From: Burkholderiales bacterium
Lineage (GTDB): Bacteria > Pseudomonadota > Gammaproteobacteria > Burkholderiales > SG8-39
DNA length: 64,000 bases
Reading direction: 5' to 3'
Assembly (NCBI GenBank): GCA_050246035.1
Contig: JBFWWT010000002.1
Coordinates: 38,980-102,979, forward strand
The notes below the pieces were generated by a model. That model saw nothing but the letters and a program-made list of their open reading frames with translations. It was not told where the DNA came from and searched no databases. Positions within the stretch are counted from its first letter, which is position 1. Each line of letters begins with the position of its first letter. Shown here piece by piece: positions 58,277-64,000 of the stretch. The translations under genes and the position numbers were made by a program.

Positions 58277-59164
58277 ATGATCTCCACACCCGTCCCGGCG
58301 GTGCGCGGCATGCTGTGGATGGCGGCCTCGGGGCTGCTGTTCATCTTCCTCAATACGATCATGAAGCGCCTGTCCCACGATCTCGACCCCTGGCTCGTGG
58401 GCTTCCTGCGCTACGCGCTCGGCGCCCTGGTCATGGTCGGGACGTCGCTGCCCGGCGGGCTCGCGGCGCTCTGGCCGAAGGCGCCCGGGCTGCAGCTCGT
58501 GCGCGGCCTTTTCCATACCGGGGGCATGATGCTGTGGTTCGCCGCGCTGCCCTTCGTCACGCTCGCCGAGCTGACCGCGATCGGCTTCTCCGGGCCGATC
58601 TTCATCTGCATCGGCGCGGTGCTGTTCCTCAGCGAGCGCATGACGGGCGCGCGCTGGACGGCCGTGCTGGTGGGATTCGCCGGCGTGCTGCTCGTGGTGA
58701 AGCCGGGACAGGCCGAGGGCTTTGCGGGAATCTCCCACGGCATGCTCCTCATGCTCGCCTCGGCGCCCGTGTTCGCGGGCTCGTACCTCGTCGCCAAGGC
58801 GCTCACGCGCTACGACCGCTCGGACGTCGTGGTGCTGTGGCAGCACGCGTGGGTGTCGATCCTGCTCGCGCCGTTCGCGCTCGCCTTCTGGAGCCCGCCG
58901 AGCGCCGTGCAGTGGGCGTTCCTCGTCGCCTGCGGCTTCCTCGGCGCGGGCGGTCACTACTGCATGGTGCGCGCGTTCCGCATCGCCGACATCTCGGCGA
59001 CGCAGTCCGTGAAGTTCCTCGAGCTGGTCTGGGCGGCGATCCTCGGCTGGATCGTCTTCGGCACGGCGCCGGCGGGGGCGACGGTGGCGGGCGGGATCGT
59101 GATCTTCGCTTCGACGCTGCTGCTCGCGCGGCACGAGTCGCGCTCGGCGGCGCGCGCCGCATGA
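58277..59164 (+). CDS. EamA/DMT-family transporter
   Basis: Start chosen at MISTPVPAVRGMLWMAASG. An upstream ATG at 58223 would overlap the divergent biotinyl-protein start. Ten hydrophobic helices. Confidence 0.8.
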   Translation: MISTPVPAVRGMLWMAASGLLFIFLNTIMKRLSHDLDPWLVGFLRYALGALVMVGTSLPGGLAALWPKAPGLQLVRGLFHTGGMMLWFAALPFVTLAELTAIGFSGPIFICIGAVLFLSERMTGARWTAVLVGFAGVLLVVKPGQAEGFAGISHGMLLMLASAPVFAGSYLVAKALTRYDRSDVVVLWQHAWVSILLAPFALAFWSPPSAVQWAFLVACGFLGAGGHYCMVRAFRIADISATQSVKFLELVWAAILGWIVFGTAPAGATVAGGIVIFASTLLLARHESRSAARAA

Positions 59165-60735
59165 ACGGGCTCGTCGCCTCGCCGCACCGCCTCGCCTCCG
59201 CCGCCGGCGCCGACGTGCTGCGCGCGGGCGGCTCGGCGGTGGATGCGGCGATCGCCACGAGCGCGGCGCTCTGCGTGCTCTATCCGCACATGACCAGCAT
59301 CGGCGGCGACGCTTTCTGGCTGATCCACGAGGGCGCGAGCGGCGCCGTGCGCTACCTCGGAGGCGGCGGGCAGGCGGCCGCGAGCGCAACGCCGGAGTGG
59401 TTCCGTGCGCGCGGCCATGCCGAGATTCCGCTGAAAGGGATCCTGCCCGCGACGCTCACGGTTCCCGGGGCGGTGGCGAGCTGGGCGGAGGCGCATGCGC
59501 GCTACGGCCGCCTGCCGCTCGCGCGCTGCCTCGAGCAGGCGATCGGCTACGCGCGCGAGGGCGCGCCGGTCAGCGCGCGCGTCGCGCGTTTCATCGAGGG
59601 CGCGAAAGCCGAGCTGGCCGACTGCCCCGAGGCCGCGGCGATCTTCCTGCAGGGCGGGGCCACGCTCGTCAACCCGGGGCTCGCGCGGTCGCTGGAGCGC
59701 ATCGCGCAGGACGGCCGCGCCGGCTTCTACCAAGGCGAGACGGCGAGGGCGTTGACGCGCTACGCCGAGGCGAACGGCGGCTTTTTTCGCATGGACGACC
59801 TGGCGGCGCAGCGCGCGCAATGGGGCGAGCCGCTCGTCGGCACCTATCGCGGCGTGACGATCTACCAGACGCCGCCGCCGACCCAGGGTTTCACCGTGCT
59901 GCAGATGCTCAACCTCGTGGAGCCGTTCGAGCTGCACCGACTGCCGCTGCTCGGTCCGGATCGCGCGCACCTGCTGGTGCAGGCGAAGCAGATCGCCTAC
60001 CACGACCGCGACCGCTATCTCGCCGACCCGCGCTTCGCCGAGGTGCCGGTCGAGCGACTGATCTCCAAGGCCTATGCCGACGAGCGGCGCAAGCTGATCG
60101 ATCCGCAACGCGCGCTCGCGTGGGACGAGGTGCCTTCGTACGGCTCCCTGGCGGGCGACACCGTGTACGTCTCGGCGATCGACGGGGACGGCAATGCCGC
60201 GTCGCTGATCCAGAGCCTGTACGGGGTCTTCGGCTCGGGCGTGGTCGCGGGCGAGACGGGCATCCTGCTGCAGAACCGCGGCGCCTACTTCAACCTCGAC
60301 CCCGCACATCCGAATGTGCTGCAGCCGGGCAAGATCCCGCTGCACACGCTGATCGCCTCGTTGGGAAAGCGCGACGGCAGGCTCTGGAGCGTCTTCGGCT
60401 GCATGGGCGCCGACGGCCAGCCGCAGATCCACCTGCAGGCCTACACCGCGATGATCGACCACGGGCTCGACATCCGGCAGGCGGTGGAGATGCCGCGCTT
60501 CCTCTCGGGCCGCTTCGCGCTCGGCGAGGCGCGCGACACGCTGCACATCGAAGCGCGCTTCCCGCGCGCCACGATCGACGAGCTCGAGCGTCGCGGGCAT
60601 CTCCTTGACCGCTGGGGCGACTGGAACGAGTTCGCCGGGCACGCCCACGGCATCGTCGTCGATCCGAAGACCGGCGAGCCGGCGGGCGGCGCCGACCCGC
60701 GCAGCGACGGCGCGGCTATGATCCCGCCGGCATGA
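59161..60735 (+). CDS. Gamma-glutamyltransferase family protein (no signal peptide)
   Basis: Start at MNGLVASPHRLASAAGADVL (ATGA overlap). Autoprocessing and nucleophile context GDTVYVSAID. About 524 aa. Confidence 0.9.
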   Translation: MNGLVASPHRLASAAGADVLRAGGSAVDAAIATSAALCVLYPHMTSIGGDAFWLIHEGASGAVRYLGGGGQAAASATPEWFRARGHAEIPLKGILPATLTVPGAVASWAEAHARYGRLPLARCLEQAIGYAREGAPVSARVARFIEGAKAELADCPEAAAIFLQGGATLVNPGLARSLERIAQDGRAGFYQGETARALTRYAEANGGFFRMDDLAAQRAQWGEPLVGTYRGVTIYQTPPPTQGFTVLQMLNLVEPFELHRLPLLGPDRAHLLVQAKQIAYHDRDRYLADPRFAEVPVERLISKAYADERRKLIDPQRALAWDEVPSYGSLAGDTVYVSAIDGDGNAASLIQSLYGVFGSGVVAGETGILLQNRGAYFNLDPAHPNVLQPGKIPLHTLIASLGKRDGRLWSVFGCMGADGQPQIHLQAYTAMIDHGLDIRQAVEMPRFLSGRFALGEARDTLHIEARFPRATIDELERRGHLLDRWGDWNEFAGHAHGIVVDPKTGEPAGGADPRSDGAAMIPPA

Positions 60736-62279
60736 GCTGGGAAAAGGAGCTGGAGGAGCTCGCGCGGCGCAAGGCGCTCGCCGCGCAGATGGGCGGCGCG
60801 GAGAAGGTCGCGCGCCACAAGGCTCAAGGGCGGCTTACGGTGCGCGAGCGCATCGACGCTTTGGTGGACGCGGGGAGCTTCCACGAGATCGGCAGCATCG
60901 CCGGCAAGGCGAGCTACGACGCCGAAGGGAACATCTCGGGATTCGTTCCCGCCAACCTCGTCATGGGCCGCGCGAGGATCGACGGTCGGCCGGTGGCGGT
61001 GGCGGGCGACGACTTCACGGTGCGCGGCGGCGCGGCCGACGCCGCGATCCGCGGCAAGCTGGTCACCGTCGAGCGCATGGCGCAGGACCTGCGCATCCCG
61101 CTCGTGCGCCTGGTGGATGGCACGGGCGGCGGCGGCTCGGTGAAGTCGATCGAGATCGAGGGCAGGACGCTCCTGCCGAGCATCCCCATGTGGCAGCTGT
61201 GCGTCGACAACCTGTCGCAGGTGCCTGTAGTGGCGCTCGCGCTCGGCTCGGTCGCGGGGCTAGGGGCGGCGCGCGTCGCCGCGAGCCACTACTCCGTGAT
61301 CGTGAAGGACACCGCGCAGATGTTCGTCGCCGGCCCGCCGGTGGTGGCGCGCGTGGGCGAGGTCCTCGACAAGAACGAGCTCGGCGGGAGCGAGATCCAC
61401 ACGAAGAACGGCGCCATAGACGACGAGGCCGCGAGCGAGCAGGAAGCCTTCGCAATGGCGAAGCGTTTCCTGTCCTATCTCCCCGGCTCGGTGCACGAGC
61501 TGCCCGCGCGCACCGAGCCGAAGGACGACCCCAGGCGGCGCGACGAGTGGCTGCTGGGCGCGATCCCGCGCGATTCGCGCAAGGTCTACAAGATGCGGCC
61601 GATCGTCGAGGCGCTCATGGATCAGGGCAGCTTCTTCGAGATCGGCCGGCGCTGGGGCAAGCCGGTGATCACGGGGCTCGCGCGACTGGACGGCTGGCCG
61701 GTCGCGGTGATGGCGAGCGACCCATACCACTACGGCGGCGCGTGGACCGCGGACGCCTGCGACAAGGTGATCCGCCTGGTCGACCTTGCCCAAACCTTCC
61801 ACTTGCCGGTCGTGCATCTCGTGGACGTGCCTGGATTTCTCATCGGCAAGGAAGCCGAGGAGGCGGGCACGATCCGCCACGGGGCGCGCGCCATGCAGGC
61901 CATCTACCAGTGCACGGTGCCGTGGTGCGCGATCCTGGTGCGCAAGGTCTACGGCGTGGCGGGCGCGGCGCACATGAACCCGGCGCGCTATTGCATGCGC
62001 TACGCCTGGCCTTCGGGCGACTGGGGGTCGCTGCCCATCGCGGGCGGGCTGGAAGCGGCCTACAAGGCCGAGCTCGAGGCCGCGCCGGACCCGAAGGCGA
62101 AGCTCGCCGAGATCGAGGCGCGGCTGGAAAAGCTCCGCTCGCCCTTCCGCAGCGCGGAGTCCTACATCGTGGAGGAGATCATCGACCCGCGCGACACGCG
62201 CGCCCTCCTCACCGAGTTCGCGAATCTCGCCGCGCCGCTGCGCACGCCGGGGCCGCCAAGCTTCGGCTACCGGCCATGA
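60732..62279 (+). CDS. Acyl-CoA carboxylase carboxyltransferase subunit (PccB/MmdA-like)
   Basis: 515 aa. N- and C-terminal crotonase-like halves (DDFTVRGGA, FHLPVVHLVDVPGFLIG, EEIIDPRDTR). Its last 444 nt include repeat copy 1. Confidence 0.9.
   Translation: MSWEKELEELARRKALAAQMGGAEKVARHKAQGRLTVRERIDALVDAGSFHEIGSIAGKASYDAEGNISGFVPANLVMGRARIDGRPVAVAGDDFTVRGGAADAAIRGKLVTVERMAQDLRIPLVRLVDGTGGGGSVKSIEIEGRTLLPSIPMWQLCVDNLSQVPVVALALGSVAGLGAARVAASHYSVIVKDTAQMFVAGPPVVARVGEVLDKNELGGSEIHTKNGAIDDEAASEQEAFAMAKRFLSYLPGSVHELPARTEPKDDPRRRDEWLLGAIPRDSRKVYKMRPIVEALMDQGSFFEIGRRWGKPVITGLARLDGWPVAVMASDPYHYGGAWTADACDKVIRLVDLAQTFHLPVVHLVDVPGFLIGKEAEEAGTIRHGARAMQAIYQCTVPWCAILVRKVYGVAGAAHMNPARYCMRYAWPSGDWGSLPIAGGLEAAYKAELEAAPDPKAKLAEIEARLEKLRSPFRSAESYIVEEIIDPRDTRALLTEFANLAAPLRTPGPPSFGYRP
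61836..62255 (+). repeat. Direct repeat copy 1 (420 bp, identical to 63581-64000)
   Basis: Base-by-base comparison of TTTCTCATCGGCAAGGAAGCCGAGG...CGCACGCCGGGGCCG with 63581-64000 found no mismatch. The flanks to the left of each copy are unrelated. Confidence 0.95.
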
Positions 62280-64000
62280 CGCTACGTGCGGCGCTCCAAC
62301 CGCGTTCGATCGCCGTGATCGGCGCTTCCGACAACCCGCACAAGGTGGGCGGCCGGCCGATCCTGTACATGAAGCGCTACGGCTATCGCGGCGCGATCTA
62401 CCCGATCAATCCCGGCCGAGCGGAGGTGCAGGGGCTGAAAGCGTACAAGGCGATCGCTGAGACGCCGGAAGCACCCGACCTCGCGATCATCGCCGTGGCC
62501 GGAGACGAGGCGGTGCGCGCGGTTGACGAATGCGCGGCGCGGGGCGTGCAGGTGGCCGTGGTGATGACTTCGGGCTTCGGCGAGCTGGGCGAGGAGGGCA
62601 GGCGCGCGCAGGCGCGCATGGCCGCCTCGGCGAAAGCCGCCGGCATGCGCCTGGTCGGGCCGAATTGCCAGGGGCTCGCGAACTTTGCCACCGGCGCGGT
62701 GGCGAACTTCTCCACCGTGTTCCACGAGATCGAGGCGCGCGACGGGCCCGTGGCCATCGTGAGCCAGAGCGGCGCCTGCTCGCAGGCGATCTACATCCTC
62801 GCGCGCCAGCGCGGCCTGGACGTGCGCCACGTGCACGCCACCGGCAACGAGGCCGACGTCACGGTGGCCGATCTCGCCGAGGAAATCGTGCAGGAAGAAG
62901 GCGTGCAGCTCGTGCTCCTTTACATGGAGGCGATCCAGCGGCCCGAGGCGCTCGCGCGCGCGGCCGCGATCGCGCGCGAGCGCGAGCTGCCCATCGTCGC
63001 GGTGAAGGCCGGGCGCACGGCGAGCGGCGTGCGCGCGGCTTCCTCGCACACGGGCGCGCTCGCGAGCGAGGACCGCGTGATCGACGCGTTCTTCGAGCAG
63101 CACGCCATCTGGCGCGCGGCCGATCCGCAGGAGCTCGTCGCCGCGGGGCAGCTCTACCTGCAGGGCGGACGGCCGAGAGGGCGGCGCTTCGTCGCCGTGA
63201 GCAACTCGGGCGCGAGCTGCGTGATGGCGGCCGACGCCGCAGAGGAGATGGGCCTCGAGTTGCCCCAGTTCGACGAGGCGACGCAGGCCAAGCTGCGGCA
63301 GGTGCTCCCCGCTTTCGCGACGCCTTCGAACCCGCTCGACGTCACCGGCGCACTGTTGAATGACAGCAGCCTGATCGGCGGCTCGCTCGAGGCGCTGGGC
63401 GCGGCCGATGCCTGCGACCTGCTCATGCTCGCGATCCCCATCGCGGGCGCGGGCTACGACGTGCCGCGCTTCGCGCGCGACGCGGCGGCGTATCGCGAGC
63501 GCCATGGCAAGGCGCTCGCCGTAGCGGCTCCGCAGCCCGAGGTGCGCGAGACGTTCGAGAAGCGCGGGTTGCCCGCCTTTTTTCTCATCGGCAAGGAAGC
63601 CGAGGAGGCGGGCACGATCCGCCACGGGGCGCGCGCCATGCAGGCCATCTACCAGTGCACGGTGCCGTGGTGCGCGATCCTGGTGCGCAAGGTCTACGGC
63701 GTGGCGGGCGCGGCGCACATGAACCCGGCGCGCTATTGCATGCGCTACGCCTGGCCTTCGGGCGACTGGGGGTCGCTGCCCATCGCGGGCGGGCTGGAAG
63801 CGGCCTACAAGGCCGAGCTCGAGGCCGCGCCGGACCCGAAGGCGAAGCTCGCCGAGATCGAGGCGCGGCTGGAAAAGCTCCGCTCGCCCTTCCGCAGCGC
63901 GGAGTCCTACATCGTGGAGGAGATCATCGACCCGCGCGACACGCGCGCCCTCCTCACCGAGTTCGCGAATCTCGCCGCGCCGCTGCGCACGCCGGGGCCG
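62276..64000 (+). CDS. Acetate-CoA ligase (ADP-forming)/CoA-binding family protein, N-terminal ~435 aa, fused in frame to a duplicated carboxyltransferase C-terminus. Open at the window end.
   Basis: ATGA overlap with the upstream stop. MTLRAALQPRSIAVIGASDNPHKVGG...VGPNCQG (CoA-binding and ligase-CoA domains). No stop through 64000. At 63581 the translation switches to FLIGKEAEEAGTIRHGARAMQ..., the same as carboxyltransferase residues. Confidence 0.7.
   Translation, partial: MTLRAALQPRSIAVIGASDNPHKVGGRPILYMKRYGYRGAIYPINPGRAEVQGLKAYKAIAETPEAPDLAIIAVAGDEAVRAVDECAARGVQVAVVMTSGFGELGEEGRRAQARMAASAKAAGMRLVGPNCQGLANFATGAVANFSTVFHEIEARDGPVAIVSQSGACSQAIYILARQRGLDVRHVHATGNEADVTVADLAEEIVQEEGVQLVLLYMEAIQRPEALARAAAIARERELPIVAVKAGRTASGVRAASSHTGALASEDRVIDAFFEQHAIWRAADPQELVAAGQLYLQGGRPRGRRFVAVSNSGASCVMAADAAEEMGLELPQFDEATQAKLRQVLPAFATPSNPLDVTGALLNDSSLIGGSLEALGAADACDLLMLAIPIAGAGYDVPRFARDAAAYRERHGKALAVAAPQPEVRETFEKRGLPAFFLIGKEAEEAGTIRHGARAMQAIYQCTVPWCAILVRKVYGVAGAAHMNPARYCMRYAWPSGDWGSLPIAGGLEAAYKAELEAAPDPKAKLAEIEARLEKLRSPFRSAESYIVEEIIDPRDTRALLTEFANLAAPLRTPGP
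63581..64000 (+). repeat. Direct repeat copy 2 (420 bp, truncated by the window end)
   Basis: Identical to 61836-62255, at an offset of 1745 bp. It is in frame with the ORF that starts at 62276. Confidence 0.95.

Noticed and set aside
61260-63718. Minus-strand ORFs 61260..61973 and 62282..63718 begin with the same 46 residues (MRRARHAVDLAHQDRAPRH...), which suggests a paralogous gene pair.
   Set aside because: The shared sequence is simply the antisense translation of the 420-bp direct DNA repeat. The sense strand carries the real carboxyltransferase and ligase-like genes.

Overview
Very GC-rich, almost gap-free chromosomal window with about 70 protein-coding genes. I recognised no rRNA, tRNA, CRISPR array, transposase, integrase or phage genes. 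Long Arg/Ala/Pro-rich antisense ORFs are everywhere, as expected for this composition, and were ignored where a family-recognisable ORF lies opposite. The gene content looks betaproteobacterial (a Bug/TctC binding protein, and mltD-gloB-methyltransferase-rnhA-dnaQ synteny); this is inference only.

Layout:
- 1-1646: ppiD 3' end and a MipA/OmpV gene.
- 1654-17299: a large aryl-polyene/xanthomonadin-like type II FAS/PKS lipid cluster. It has two ACPs, three KS-type genes, a KR, two hotdog dehydratases, an adenylating ligase, two acyltransferases, a GT2, a methyltransferase, a NodB-type deacetylase, an MMPL exporter and a LolA-like protein. fabI and a Bug-family binding protein are translationally coupled to its upstream end.
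- 17325-23537: a YejABEF-like peptide ABC importer.
- 23534-27668: mltD, gloB, a methyltransferase, rnhA and dnaQ.
- 27666-27725: a 60-nt double palindrome.
- 27730-29793: an ArsS-type radical SAM gene, its AhpD-like partner and two small coiled-coil membrane proteins. There is no arsM in the window.
- 29885-31975: an SDR, tspO and panB.
- 32114-39362: an acyl-CoA metabolism operon with two family III CoA-transferases.
- 39759-47298: TRAP QM permeases, a CaCA exchanger and a Liv-type ABC system.
- 47385-50450: envelope proteins.
- 50395-54081: an enolase-superfamily / 2-hydroxyacid dehydrogenase / AidB-like operon.
- 54422-58224: an odd five-gene operon (biotinyl carrier, DUF35, thiolase-like, class II aldolase, NOX-like ferric reductase).
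- 58277-64000: an EamA, GGT, carboxyltransferase and acetate-CoA-ligase-like operon.

The hardest sequence-level observation is a perfect 420-bp direct repeat (61836-62255 = 63581-64000). It fuses the CoA-ligase-like ORF in frame to a second copy of the carboxyltransferase 3' end.

The candidates I would rank highest for uncharacterised biology are the variant polyene-lipid cluster, the biotinyl/DUF35/thiolase/aldolase/NOX operon and the arsM-less ArsS module. None can be proven novel from sequence alone.
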